A stretch of 64,000 nt of DNA. It comes from Euglena gracilis. Its lineage: Eukaryota. A program made the position numbers and the translations under genes. Position 1 is the stretch's first letter. The number at the start of each line of letters is the position of its first letter. The DNA lies in the NCBI GenBank assembly GCA_039621445.1, contig CP154954.1, forward strand, positions 33,209,455 through 33,273,454, in the 5' to 3' direction. Shown one piece after another: positions 51,101-63,730 of the stretch. The notes beneath the pieces were generated by a model that was given only the letters and a program-made list of their open reading frames with translations, did no database searches and had not been told where the DNA came from.

Positions 51101-52365
51101 AGCTGGGCTGCGGACCCCCCCCCCCCCAGGAGGTCGAGTGGTAATAAAGTTTTCGCAGCCTGGCGAAGCCCGGCTGGACCAAATGGGTCAAAAATGGCAA
51201 AAATGGCCATATTTGGGACTTTTTTTCACCTCAAAAATTTAGCTGAAAAAATGCATCCCGGCTGGATTTGAACTGTTTTCCTTGTTTTTTGGGTCCCAGC
51301 GGGCTCGAACCACCTCCTTGGACCCCCACCCCCTGGAGGGGGGGTCCAGCCATACCCTTTTTCCAACTAGCACTTTTTCCAGCTGGCCGGCAGGACCCCC
51401 CCGGGGGGTCCTTAAGAAATTCCCTGGTTCACCAGCGGAAATATCTGTTGGATGTCTGGTTGGTCTTCTCATTGTATTGTCGTTTTTGCAGAAGGAGTAG
51501 TGGCAAGTGCAGGAACATACGATGGGCTTATGGCAGTGTGCCTGACGTCAGGGCAGTACACCAAGGCTTTGCAGGTATGCAAATGCATGGCATTTTCTTT
51601 GATGTGATTTGTTGATGTTCAACTGCGACTTTGTATTTCAGACCTCCAAACAAGTTCTAAACAACCCTGTTGCGCTCCATCAAGATTCCCTGGAAGAAAG
51701 AATTTGACCATGGAGACGTTTGTTTTGCGTTTTCTGCCAATGTTGCACGCTGTGCTGATTTTGGTGCATTTTATGGCCGTTGATACGGCGTATTTTGTTG
51801 CTGCATTGTCACCTGTAATGTGTAGCTGCACCGTCCAAGCATATCGCTTTTGAAAAATTTCAAAGATAGTTGCTGTTAGTTGGTCTCATTCTTTCAAAAA
51901 GTTTAACCTAAAACCTTTTGGACTGAGTGTACGGTATTCATATTTTTACAGAAACCCATGGCAGATTAAATCACCCCCCCCCCAAATGATATCCCTACGG
52001 GTTATTTTTGGGACAGTTCTCCCCCCAAAACACCATCGTTTCCTATTCTTTTTTTTGAGTGTTGTGGCCGGATCTGTGTTTGGAAAGATTGGCTTGCTGT
52101 TTCGTTTGCAACAATGGCAATGAATTGTTGGCATTGTTGAGTGCAGCCAGCGATGTAGTCGGCGTTTTTTTTGGACAATTCGATGGAATGGTGGTGGTTG
52201 TTTGACGGGTGGCAGGTGTGGGAAGAGTTCGTGAACTCCGGACTTGAGCCGTCGGGGGCCACCTTTGACCTGGCCTGGGAGATTTGCCACCGCACTGGTG
52301 ACTGGCGGAGGGCATGTGAAGTCATTGCCCACATGAAGCGCTTTGCGAACCTGGATGCAGAGCCG
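47617..52365 (+). CDS. Pentatricopeptide-repeat (PPR) protein, partial; exons 47617-47721(?), 49052-49073(?), 49416-49513, 50345-50444, 51492-51574, 52216-~52365
   Basis: In-frame joins give ASNVAIKSISLVPDHWEAAFLLRQEMDKEGVVAS / AGTYDGLMAVCLTSGQYTKALQVWEEFVNSGLEPS / GATFDLAWEICHRTGDWRRACEVIAHMK, three consecutive ~35-aa PPR-like repeats. The first two exons are tentative. Confidence 0.75.
48049..48111. repeat. (TAT)n microsatellite
   Basis: Read directly. Confidence 0.97.
48628..49046. mobile_element. hAT-type MITE, family D (419 bp)
   Basis: Ends TAGGCATT...AATGCCTG with flanks GTTGAACC / CTCGAACC (6/8). Related sequence occurs near 14333-14690 and 48110-48521. Confidence 0.7.
49514..50344 (+). 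other. Probable non-conventional intron in the PPR gene
   Basis: CAGTTGCAAAAC pairs with GTTATGCATCTG at 10 of 12 positions. The +4/-8 register is in frame, while the adjacent GT..AG reading (49515-50347) is out of frame. Confidence 0.65.
51017..51426. mobile_element. hAT-type MITE, family C (410 bp)
   Basis: TIR CAGGGATTTGCTTAAG / CTTAAGAAATTCCCTG and perfect 8-bp TSD GTTCACCA. Confidence 0.9.
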
Positions 52366-53859
52366 GTGGTCAATTTGCAGGGTTTTTTTTTATTTAGAGT
52401 TGGTTTTGGAAAGATTTTCATCTTTTTGGTGGGGTTCCCGGCAGGGCGGTCCTTAAGGGACAGGAAAGTTTTTTTTTTTTTTTTTTAAGGACCGCCCCCC
52501 TTTCGGCCAAAGGGCCGACCAAGGGCCGGACTGGGACTTAAACGGGGTCCAAAATTGAAAAGTCCAAAAAACACACTTTTATGATTTGGGTGGATGGGCG
52601 ATGGTCCAAGGATGACAAGAATCAGTTTTTTTCTCTGATGTCGACCTGTTCTCACCGAAGAATGCCAGATTTCTTTGCCCATTTTCCTGTATATTTTCAT
52701 TGATTGAGTGCCAAGAATTCTTGAGATCCAGCGGTTTGATAACTGAGGGATGGGAATTTTCTTCATCGTCTGGGGCTTCAAGTGTGAAGCTGACCACCGT
52801 CAAAGACCAATCCCTCAACCAACTCCGAACCACCCCGACATCAAAGCCAAACTCAGCCACTCCGATAGCCCCGAGCGCGTGGCACAGTTCCGAAAGCGTT
52901 TGGGTGAGTTTGTTGCTGACATCTGAGCGCTCTCTTGTGGCGATTTGGAACTTTTGGTTTTATGTTCTGCATCGACATCATTTTGGAATCCTGGGGTGTG
53001 CAAACGTGGCAAAATGTTCCTGCCCGCCGACTTTGTGCAAAAATGGGTTCCACAGACCCCAGGGGCGGTTGGTTCCCCTGTAATTCAAGGGAAATCGGCT
53101 TTGTGAAGGAAATGAGCCACAGGAATGTAGGAATGTGCAGGAAAAACATTGGCCAACAATTTCCGACGCCATCGGCTTCACTGCACAGTTTTTTATCAGT
53201 GGGTTTGGGGGGGAAAATCTCCTTGCCCACCCGCGGCAGTAAGACTGCTTTTCCTTCCAAAGATCAGAGCTCAGCAGCCGCGCCCGGTCGTCGCCAGCCC
53301 GCCAGGCGGGGTCCACCTTCATTTCACCGAGCCGTCATACCTTTGCTGGCACATCAGGTTGGGGGGGAGACCTCGGAGTTGCAGGGAGGGGTGCTTTGGA
53401 CTGCTCGTGATGTCAAAAATTATTTGGGTAAAGGGAACAAGCAAAACAGCCGGGCACACTCGTACTCCCTCGAGGAAAACCGACAAGGGAGGAATGGACA
53501 CCGAGGGCGAAGCACAAAGACAATGTGAGGCCATGCCTTGCTCGCCGGCGGTGCTGTTTGGATTGCTCGTTGCGCTGGGTTAGGAGGTCCCGCTTAGTGC
53601 CGCCTCGCCGGACTTGGCTGACGATGCTGCTCCGACTGGGCGACGTGACTTCTTGCCCCTGGGGGGTGTCCCCCCCCTCTCCGCCCCGGCCCCCACTCTC
53701 TGACCGAGGGCTTTTGAACACAAATTTTCTTTTACGGGTGGGGGGGTCGGGCTCACAAGGTCTTTGTGCTTCGCCCTCGGTGTCCCTTGCTCCCTTGTCG
53801 GTTTTCCTCGAGGGAGTTCGAGACACCTCGGGCTCCGCACTTTGCCCTTGTGAGGCCAG

Positions 53860-56500
53860 ATTGTGCACTGAAATTAGGGGGGCCAGGGCATTTTCCAGGG
53901 CACCTTGGGCACCAAGTCGTTGATAGTGGGCTGTAAAAGCCTCCACCCCCCTCCACTGACCAATTTCACAAACTTCTTGGGCAGAAAGGCCCTATTTTTT
54001 GAGTAAACCAACCCCTGCCCCTCTGGTGGAGTGGGCCCCCCACACCTGGGGGGGTACCCCATGTTTGGCCAAAAAGTCTTTTGTGATGGAAGCAATGGTG
54101 TCAGCACTCATGGCCCTGAAGGGGGGTTTTAATGAAATCTGGAGGGGGCCCCCAGGTCTGACAAATAAACGTGTGGAAGCCACATAACTCATCATTAAAT
54201 GAAAGGGGCTTATTTGGGGACATTGCGGAATGGACACAACCCTTTCCCACTTATGGAATTTCTGTCCTTTACGCTTAATCTTGATGTAGGGTGCCCTACC
54301 CAACACACTGGTGGTTCGTTTGACTTGCGATAAGTCTGAGGATCGGTATAAACAGAGGATTCGTGAGCAAAAAATCAGTTGTGTACGCAATGTACAAATA
54401 TCAGTGGGCATGGGCGCCTTTGCTAGCACCAGGAGGATTGGGAGGGGGTCCTAAAATGCCCCATACTTCTCCAGGTTTTGGTTCCATAGCCTCTGGTAGG
54501 GGATTAACAGAGTGTGGAATGTCAGCCCACCAAACCCAGGAATCAAAAGCATAGCACTGTAGGCATTACGGGCTTGGGCCTTGGAAAATTGGAATAATTG
54601 AATTAAAGCGTCAGCCACTTGGTCTGTGGTGGCTTCAGGGGGGGGGGCACCCCCATGTGTTCCAAAATCACCCTGCAAGTTGGTGCAAGTTGGGGGATGG
54701 TCCAGTGTGTCCAGATAATTTCACCACATCAGACTTCTGGCCAATTCCAACTTTTCAGCCTTCAGGGGTCTTCTTCCCAAACTTCCCTACACAGCACCCC
54801 AGAAGACAAGACTTGATACTTTGAATCCAGTTCAGAGTCCCACGCAAACTTGTACACTGTTTGCCAGCTTGCCTGTGAAAAATGTAATTCCCCAAAATCT
54901 CTGTGAGGCAATGCCTAATTTCTGCTGGCATCTCTTACCAAAATAAATCTCAAATCTGGCCCGCGCTCTCACCCCCCTTCCCAAAAACAATTGCCAAGCA
55001 ATTGTCCAAAACGGAAGTAAAAACATTAGCGGGCCGGAGATAAAAATTCAACACACAACACACACACACGCAGCAGCGACATGGAAAGTGACGAATGGCG
55101 GTTCTCGAATTTAAATTGTAAAATCTTCGAATCCACAGATAATTGTAAACATGTCCATATCCACAGATGAATACCATGTGGGGCCGCCTACCTCCACCCC
55201 AGCCTTTCCACCTTAGAGAGCCATGTCGTACGACCTACCCCGTACAACATGACCCCCCATGGGGTCCAGCCGGGGCTTCGGCGACCCCCGCCGAGCCAAA
55301 CCGGAGCAGAGCCCCCTTGAAGCGGCCCAGCACCGAACGGGGAGGCGGCACACACCACAGCCATCACAGCAGCAACAGGTTGACGAACTTGAAGATGTCC
55401 ACCAGATGTGCATTTGTAGGGCTGTTGCACAACCCTGATCACTGTTTTTTACGAGGTCAGGCTCCTCGCGCCGAAATCTCCAGGGGGACCTTGACCAATG
55501 ACATTGAAACTTGACATCTTGAACTTGGGAACTTGAAATCTTGGACATCACACCTTCGATCCTCCACGGATTGACCTTGGGAACTTGGAATCTTGGAAAT
55601 GATGACAGAACTCCTTCACAGATTGACCTTGGGAAATTGAAATCTTGACATGACAACTTTCTTCCACCACAGATTCCTTGGGATCTTTAAATTGAACTTG
55701 ACATCTTGACTTGAACTTGACCCTGAAATGACATCCTGACAGACATTTTGGAGATTGAGATTATTGATGATGATGGCGGGCTGTGATTGACATTCGTCTG
55801 TCCTTCAGCCCAGGCTCCAACCAAGATCCACAGCAGCACCAACTCCAGGATCGCCTGCTGCTAGCTTGATCTGGAGAGTTGATCATGGTGGCCCAACACA
55901 GCATCTCACTGTGTGCCAACTGGTGCCTTCCTCTGCCTTGTCCCCCTTCTGCTGCTGAGCTGGCCCGCCACTTCCATGACATTTCACTTCTGAGTGTCCC
56001 CCGGCTCCACAGGTACGTTTGTACGGGGCTTTTCTGCACTGCAAATCTCATACAAGTTTGTGCAAGTTGGGGGATGGTCCAGTGTGTCCAGATAATTTCA
56101 CCACATCAGACTTCTGGCCAATTCCAACTTTTCAGCCTTCAGGGGTCTTCTTCCCAAACTTCCCTACACAGCACCCCAGAAGACAAGACTTGATACTTTG
56201 AATCCAGTTCAGAGTCCCACGCAAACTTGTACACTGTTTGCCAGCTTGCCTGTGAAAAATGTAATTCCCCAAAATCTCTGTGAGGCAATGCCTAATTTCT
56301 GCTGGCATCTCTTACCAAAATAAATCTCAAATCTGGCCCGCGCTCTCAACCCACAGAAGTGCAAAAGCACTCTGATAACGTTTTAAGCTGGGGTTTCTCC
56401 CCAGGAAATCGTTAATGGTCTCAACCTGAATTTGTTTCCCCTCCAAAATTTGCCGGAGCAAATCATGCAAACCAGGGGCCACCTGGGGGGTGGCATTTGC
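53860..56500 (-). pseudogene. DIRS tyrosine recombinase, interrupted by the mini-LTR insertion
   Basis: CLYRSSDL, IKRKG, HSTRG and GQW....F..HY supply the R-K-HxxR-W-Y catalytic set. Removing 54674-56348 plus one TSD restores AFALLWVILEHMGVPPPEATT. Confidence 0.9.
54674..56348 (-). mobile_element. Non-coding mini LTR retroelement (TRIM-like), 1675 bp, with 298-bp LTRs at 54674-54971 and 56051-56348
   Basis: Near-identical direct repeats, outer TG...CA ends, 4-bp TSD ACCC, and a polypurine tract GGGAAGGGGGG abutting the 3' LTR on the minus strand. Confidence 0.92.
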
Positions 56501-58330
56501 TCCCCTCTGCAGTTGGTGAACTTGCCCCTGTAGGGGGTGATTTTCAGGCAGGGGGTCCCTGGAACTTTCATTTTTATTAATTGCGGCCACCACGTGGCAG
56601 AATCCAAGTAGAGGGTGACCATCAAAACTTTGGTCTGGAGAAACATTTTTAACCTGGGTAGAAATTGTTGAATTATTGACCAGGGGGGGGGTTGCATAAA
56701 GATCCCCCATGTTGTCCAGTGGACATTGTAATGCATTTACTGCTGTGGCATCCCAGTGGAGCCACCTGGCCACAAAATTGGGCATTTTTTTGTTGCCTGG
56801 GGAGGCAAACAAATCTGTTTCCAGACTTATGAAATTTTTGAACTGTTGTTTGAGCCATTGAAAAGTTGGGGGTCTAAAGAATAATCCCCCCTGTCCATTT
56901 CCCATCTGCTGATGGGGTCTGCCAGGCATTCTTTTGAAGGCACCCAGTTGACTTGGAGGTGCACTTGGTGCTCCATGCACCACTTGAAAAATGGTGTCAG
57001 CATTTTGTTGAAGGGGTCCTTTCTGCCCCCACCTTTTGTTAGGTAAAAGTAAATTACCTGGTTGTCCACTGACAAGGAAACGGTTTCCCCAGGTTTGCTC
57101 AAACTTTTCACAGTGCTGACTGCTGCACTGAGCTCCTTTACATTGATGTGCAAAATGGAGTCTTTTCTCCAAAATTCCTGCACAATTTCTCCTGTGTGGA
57201 TGTCTAGCCCCCCCCAAGCATGGGTGCTGCTGTCTGAGTGCAACACTCTGGTTGCATTTTGGGGAAGGGTCTGCCCCCCAAGGTGTCCAGCAGAATTTTT
57301 ATTTCCCTTAATTGGGCTTTGATTTCCTGGGAAATGGGGTGTTTTGAGTCCCAAGGGGCTGTGCTTTTTGCCACCAAAAAATTTGCCATGGTGTCTGTAA
57401 AAGCCCTTAAAAACAGCAGGGCCATTAGGTTGCATCTTATTTGGCCCAATATGGCAGCCAATTGCCTTTTTGACATGTAATCTTTTTTCACAATTTTTCC
57501 CAGCTCCTTTTTTATGGTTTTGACTTTCTGGGGGGGCACCTGTAGTTTTCCATCCTGGAAGTTCAGTTGAAAACCAAGGTGGGTTACCACTTGGGTGGGC
57601 TGGAGGGTGGACTTTTTCACATTGATTTTGAACCCAGAATCCAGCAAATCTTTGACAACTGTTTTGAGGTGATTTTGTAAATTGTTTTGGGTGGGGGCCA
57701 CCAGCAAAATGTCGTCCAGGTAAATAAACACCTGGATGCCCCTTTTTCTCCACAGTTTTTCGAATGTTTTCGTGACTGACACGAAATTTGGGGCATTACA
57801 TTTAGCCCAAAGCAGCCTGTTTGAAATTCCCAGGTCGAAATCCCTACCTGATGCCTTAAAAATGGCCTTAGACCTGGACTTACCGGAATATGAAAATAGG
57901 CATCCTTTAGGTCTATTTTTGCTGCCCAGTGGCCTTTTTCCAAAACAGGAAAAAATGTGTTGGATATGATCCAACTGGAAGGGTTTTACTTGAAACTGCT
58001 GATTTATTTCTCTGCAGTCGCTGATCATTCTCCATTTGGTTGTTCCCCTTCTGGTTTTGAAATTAAAAACCAGGGGATCAAATGCTGGGGTGCTGAATCC
58101 CAAACTCGTTTCACTGAGCCAGTTTTTTCGTAATCCAGCAGAATTTTTTCTGCCTGGTTCAGGTCCAGGTTGGCCCTGGGTTTTGGGTGGGTGGATAATT
58201 TTGGGGGATTCACCCAGGGGGGTTGAATTACTTTTTTATCAATTGACATGTTGCTGGGGGGGGCATTTTTTGTCCACCATTTCAGACTTTTCTGAAGTCT
58301 CTGGTACAGGGGGGTGTCTCCCCATTTTTC
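56450..58330 (-). pseudogene. DIRS pol: reverse transcriptase, RNase H, DNA N6-adenine methyltransferase (frameshifted)
   Basis: Motifs spread over several frames: KIDLKDAYFHIP and IYLDDILL (RT); HSDSSTHAWGG, HINVKELSAA, VDNQ and ADPISR (RNase H); DLFASPGN and LYATPP (MTase). Confidence 0.92.
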
Positions 58331-58488
58331 CTCCATGGAATGTATTTTCCCAAATAGATGATTTTCTGGGTGCTGGGTGGGGGGTGTTGGACATTGCACC
58401 CCTGGTGCCCCTGGGGATTGAGCATTCTCTAAAAGTGGCTGGGGGGGTGTGCATGCTCTGCTCACAGGCTCTCTGATCCTCCAGTTTG

Positions 58489-59550
58489 TCATTGGTGTTG
58501 CCGATTGACATACCATAGGGCCCTTTTTTGGGTCTCCCCCTTGTTTTGGTTTGCCCCTGCCATGGGCACTGACAAAACAAAACAAAGAATGTTGAGGGGG
58601 GGTTGCCCCCTGTGTCTTCCACTGCCCCTTTGGGGGCATCCTCCTGGGGCTGCCACTGTACATTGAAACCCCCTGCTGGGGGACAGCCTGTTAGCTTCTG
58701 GGGTTTTTCCCCTTCTGATAATTGATCGCCACAATGGCCTTGAAATTGTTGATGTTGTTGGTGGTAAATCTGGCCCCACTGGTCCTCTTGATGTTGGCTC
58801 CACTCTTGAAACTTTGATAGCCCCCATTGACTTCTTTTGGATGTTGGGCGCCATGCCCATTGAAAATCTTGGGGGGCCACTGGGGGCCCACTCTGTACCC
58901 CTGATGGGGTTTGAGATGAAGAAATGACTGGGGGGGTGTTGTTGACCTGTCCTGGCCCTGCCACTGGGCATCTGTTTGTGGAATTGGCCACCCTGGCCTT
59001 GGTATTGTTGGCCACCCTGGCCTTTGTTCCATCGGCCGCCATGGCCATTGCTGTTTTGGCCGCCATGGCCCAGCTTGCTGTTTTGGCCGCCATGGCCCAA
59101 CTTGAACAAGGTATTGGTGTAACTGGCAGAATGTTGGCCCCAATGGCCCTGGCTCCAATGGCCGTAGTGGCCTGCTGGTTGTTGCTTCTGCCCCTTTCGG
59201 GGTCTTCTGACCACTGTCTGCCAGGGTCCGTGGCCATCACTTTGGAGGGTTTGGGTTTTGGAAATTTCTGTGGGGGAAATTTCTTTTGGGGAAGGGGCAG
59301 CCACGGTTCGCCACAGTTGACCCGTGCCGTCAGGTTGTCCAGCTGCTGCTGCTCCCTCTTGAAGTTTTCCAACGCTGTGCTTCTTTGAACTTGCATCTTT
59401 CATTGAACTCCTTCGAAAAATTCTACAACTTTTGATTTGAAGTTCTGCACGAGCGTGACTTTCTGGATAAATTGAATGGATTGATTGTCTTCTTCTTTTC
59501 TCAATTGGTGAGGTCTTTGAAGTTCCTTTATTCTGGGTGTCGAAGGGCAA
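58489..59550 (-). pseudogene. DIRS gag-like region (low-complexity G/Q-rich, overlapping frames)
   Basis: Long ORFs between the left ITR and RT. The call is by position only. Confidence 0.5.
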
Positions 59551-60739
59551 ATTCGGAATCAGCCAACTCCGGCGAAAAAAGGCACTAAGCGGGACCTCCT
59601 AACCCAGCGCAACGAACAATCCAAACAACACCGCCGGCGAGCAAGGCATGGCCTCACAAGGGCAAAGTGCGGAGCCCGAGGTGTCAGGTGTGCATATACG
59701 CGGACGCGTTGTCGGAGGCCCCGATCGAAGAGATTTTTAGAAATCACCTGAACGAAGTGGTCTGGGATGTGGTAAAATTAAGGTTCAAATCAAGTTCAGA
59801 AAAGAAATTCCAACATATAGCGGAATCCCTGACTGAACTCTGAGGGCTAAAACCCTTGGAACTAAAAACGTACCACTCTATTATAATCAATGACGTAAAG
59901 TAAACTACTATCCTGCTGAAAACCTGGGGCGGACCCATCCCCAAAAACTGAACAAGGGAAGTCACCTCAGACAAAAGCATCCGAGGTTTGGGGGGTTGGG
60001 CATCCACATGAAGCAAAATTGCTCAGGAACGTTGGAGTGAAAACGCTGTTTTGCACAAAAATTTAAAAGAACATTACGCAGCAATTAGCACAGGAAAAGG
60101 GCTTCAGAGAGCCAAGGGAAACAGTGACTTAGTCAGTAAACAACTGGGCATTTTACAATCAGTGGCCAAAGGGGGGGGGGCAGAAAAGTCGAACGTTTGG
60201 AATCTTTGGGTCTTGGGGCTCCACCTCGCCCCAGGTGAACTGGGTGTCCTATGGCTTGTGGTCCTTCGCTTGGTTCCTTCCAGGTGACTCCTCCCAGTCT
60301 GCGGCCCACGGCCGTCGCAATGCCGAAGGGGCCTTGGCCACCTGAGGTGCGGCGTCCAACTTTGGGAACTCAATGTCATGCGCCACGCGTTTCGGTAGGT
60401 TGAAAATTCCGCCTTCAAAAAGGATACAAACCTGATCTGGAGCAGCCTCTTTGATGCTTTTCTTGCTACCAACCGCGGTTCCAGTACACTTCAACCAAGC
60501 TTTGAAGATGGTGATGATCATTTTTCGCGTTTGTTTCTTTGATGCTTTCAGTGTTTCGCAATCACCACCCCTGAATGTTGGTGAGTTGGATCATACCGAC
60601 CGTGTGGGAGCCGATACGGCTTTTCTCCATACTGCTGATAGGTATCACCGTTCTTCCCCCCCCCCTATGGTTGGTATGACCCATAAACAGGTTTCCGCTG
60701 TAATTGAAAGTGCAGGACAGTACCTGAATTCAGCAGAAT

Positions 60740-61030
60740 TTTGTACACAAGTCCAATTTTGAAACCATTCCGCTTCAGGTTTCACACGCACGAGTAATGC
60801 GCCTCGCGCTTGATCCTGGAAAATCTTATCTACAACAAGCGGGATAAGTTTCAGTGAGGGTGCATCTATTGGATGGTGTCTCTCCAGAACTTGTCAAAAG
60901 CGTTAGAATGTTGCGACCAATGTCGCGGTAAGCACGAATGCGCGTTGGAAGAGAATGCATCAATTTCTAAGGTCAAATCAAAGGAATTCCCCTTGTCGGC
61001 CGTTTTAAAAAACCAATGTTTCGGAATTCC
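60740..61030 (-). pseudogene. Second DNA N6-adenine methyltransferase-like domain (relic), outside the DIRS element
   Basis: Reads EIDAFSSNAHSCLPRHWSQHSNAFDKFWRDTIQ*MHP/(frameshift)LKLIPLVVDKIFQDQARGALLV...EWF, which follows the transposon Dam pattern DxFAS..N.....AF...W....NPP..LI..V..KI.....LV....W. Confidence 0.7.
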
Positions 61031-63349
61031 ATCTTGACCAAACTGAAAAGCATTCCAAGTGTCCTTGACGTACTTGGAGACCTGCTCAACATCCTGAAGG
61101 GGGGGAACATGCCGTAAAACAGAACGACGTATTTGTGAGTCACACGTCCATAGGACTCGATCCAGGCTGGGCATGGGTGGGTTGGGCATATACCCAAACG
61201 TCGGCGATGCGCGATAGCGCGCGATTCGCACTATGTGCGTGAAGCGCGATATGCCCAGGGGGTGTGGACAGCGCCATTGGCGCATGGGGAGCGCTATGCG
61301 CAAATCCGAAGAGGGAGGCTATGCCTTTGCACTGAAGTGTTTGATTCACCTTCGCGAATTGCGAAAAACTGCTAGGTGTAGTTGTGAAATGTGAAAAATA
61401 ACCAAGTGTACCGATGGGTGTATCACCCGTTGTACCCTGCCTATGCCGTTGTACCATGGCTATGGACCGTTGGGTTATCTATCAAATTCCGTTCTTCCTT
61501 AGGGTCTGCTGGAGGCTATGGTCTTTCCGCCGTTGGCGGTGCCGAAACTGCGGGTTTGGCAGGAGATGGTTGCACTTCCGCCGTTGGCGGCAATTTTGCC
61601 GCTGGTTTAGCTGCTGGGACATCCAACTCCATTGGAGTTGTGACCACAGCCTGTACGGCTGTTCTGTTGAGCTGCTATCAGCAGCAGGAACCCGTTGGGT
61701 CTCTGGTGGGGATGCGGCAGGTGAGCCGCGAGGGGTCAGCACTGCTGATACTGCGGACATTGCCGCGGTCAGACCCTGTAACACACCACCTAAAACACCT
61801 GTAGTTATTGTCGGTGATGCGACTGGCTCTGTCGGTATTTGTGTCGTTGGCACTGCGGGTAAGGAGAGGGGTGGTACCAGAGGTACCGCTGGCTGTTCGG
61901 CCTCAGACGGTGGGGATTCAGCCTCTGAGCTTACATCTCCTTCAGCAGCAAGGGGTGTTCTGGAGCCCATTGTGGCTGGTGCAACAGCTAGATGCTGAGG
62001 TTCATCAGCACATATTTCCTCCAGGCCTTCCATGCAGTATTCACCGCTCTCTCCATCGCCCTCTTCACTGCCCTCCACCGTTTCTAGTGAAGCGGCAGGG
62101 GCTGCTGGCTGTTCCGCTATAGCGGTAGGCACAGTATCTGCTTGCGCAGTGACGCCAGTGGGTGCCCCTGTAGCGGGCTGGGGAGAAGAGGTGGCGACAG
62201 AAGATTGGCTCTGCTGGGGTCCCTTAGGGACAAAAGGTCCTGCCGTAGCCGATAGGCTTGATCCCAGGTAACGCCGACCACGCCCGAAGGTGGTTGGTGA
62301 TGACTGACCAGGAGTTCCCCGGGGTTTTGGCGTTGCCGATTGCGGCTGAGATGTAACTGATGTTGCCGGTTGCGGCTGAGTTGAGCGTTCTGATGGCGTA
62401 ATTTCGGTAGGCGATTGCGGCTTTGGGCGGTGTGCCTTTGGCACATGTCGTTTCCGTAATCGGAAAGTTTTCCATGGCTTCCATTCATATTCAACCATCG
62501 TGTGGTTGAAGCGCAGTAGGGGCAGGGCCATGCCTTGATCATTCACTCTGCCGCCTTGGAAAAAGGGCACGAGTAACGCTCTATCGAGCGTATCGCCGAA
62601 TCGGCGTTTGACATAATCGTCAATGCTTTACTTCTCGAACCGTGGCCTGATGGGGACAAAGTCCGGGGGAATTTCCCTATCGCGGTTGAGATAAAAATAT
62701 ATCTACATGATCTTGTACGTCCAAGCCCTGAACCAGAACCGCTGCAAAAACAGCGGGAGCTGACGATGGTTGCGACTGTAGGTCACTGTAGGTCACTACT
62801 AGGTGTAAAGGTACCACTACCAAGTGCCGGGCGGTAAAATTCCCGGGTTGCGGGATCCAATTGGATTATTTTGTAAGGTTCAAAAAGACATCCACAATAA
62901 AAATCATGGTGAGCATAAATTCTCCGACAGTGAGCGCATTGGTAGGAGGGTTGGCGCTCGTGGTGCGCGTTTGTGTGGGTGTCAGTGCATAAATTGGTGT
63001 CGGTTGGGGTAGCGGGGGGGGGGGGTACAGGGGTGTCTGAAGTTGACACACCTGGTGGAAAACGTAACAGTTGTGCAGCTGGGCGGCTACTCGACACCGT
63101 AATTACTTCCGGCCTTTTGGGCTTTCGCCTGGGAACCCAGCGCAACGTGCAGGGTTAAGATACTAGCTTCCCCTACTGCGTGGGAAACAAGCAGTAAACG
63201 TGCGGTGGGTAGGGGGGCAGCTTTCTGTTTACCCCTAGGGTAGGAAACATTTTTTTCGGTTGTGGAAAACGGTGTGAAAATGCAGGGGGACGTTCTGGGT
63301 GACGTCATGGGGGACAAGTTTGGGGTGTGGTGTGTGTGCGGGGGGTAGT

Positions 63350-63730
63350 GCGTAAACCGTGCGAAGGTCAATCCACCACCAATCGGTGTTGCCGTAGGAA
63401 TGGAAAACCCAATATGAAATCTGACAGGCGGTATTCGCCTCGAATGCCCAAGTACCAGAAATTTGGGAATTGTGGTGTGTGTGTGTGTGTGTGTGTGGTG
63501 CTTCAGGATAATGGGAAGAACTATGTCCAAAATGCATTCCAAGTCGCCACCGCACGTGGGGCTATTGTCAGCGGTCATAATTTTGATGGGCTTCTTGGCA
63601 TGAGCCAACAGGGGGGTGGGTATAAGTCCTTTGCGGAAAAGAAGGGGTATTCGACACCATGTGTCGAATAAATTTTTGGCTTGTTCACGGAAATTTTGAG
63701 TATCGATTTTCAGTTGGACCAAAAGTTTAA
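63350..63730 (-). pseudogene. Retropepsin-like aspartic protease relic
   Basis: Reads IKLLVQLKID....AKNLFDTWCRIPLLFRKGLIP...KPIKIMTADNSPTCGG. DTW (63657-63665) is one base change from the catalytic DTG. Confidence 0.55.

Larger units (their letters stand above)
53460..59685 (-). mobile_element. DIRS1-like tyrosine-recombinase retrotransposon, full-length structure, coding regions disrupted
   Basis: ITRs at 53524-53601 and 59581-59658. An internal complementary region at 53752-53858 matches both outer ends. Gene order is gag-like, RT, RNase H, MTase, YR. Confidence 0.95.

Noticed and set aside
55988-55998. TTCTGAGTGTC match to the Euglena spliced leader as I recall it
   Set aside because: The match is only 11 nt, lacks the following T-run and correctly placed GT, and could be chance.
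59744-60521. Ty3/Gypsy integrase on the minus strand
   Set aside because: There are only vague echoes of the motifs and no clear DDE. The F/L/S-rich composition looks like antisense of the + strand frame.
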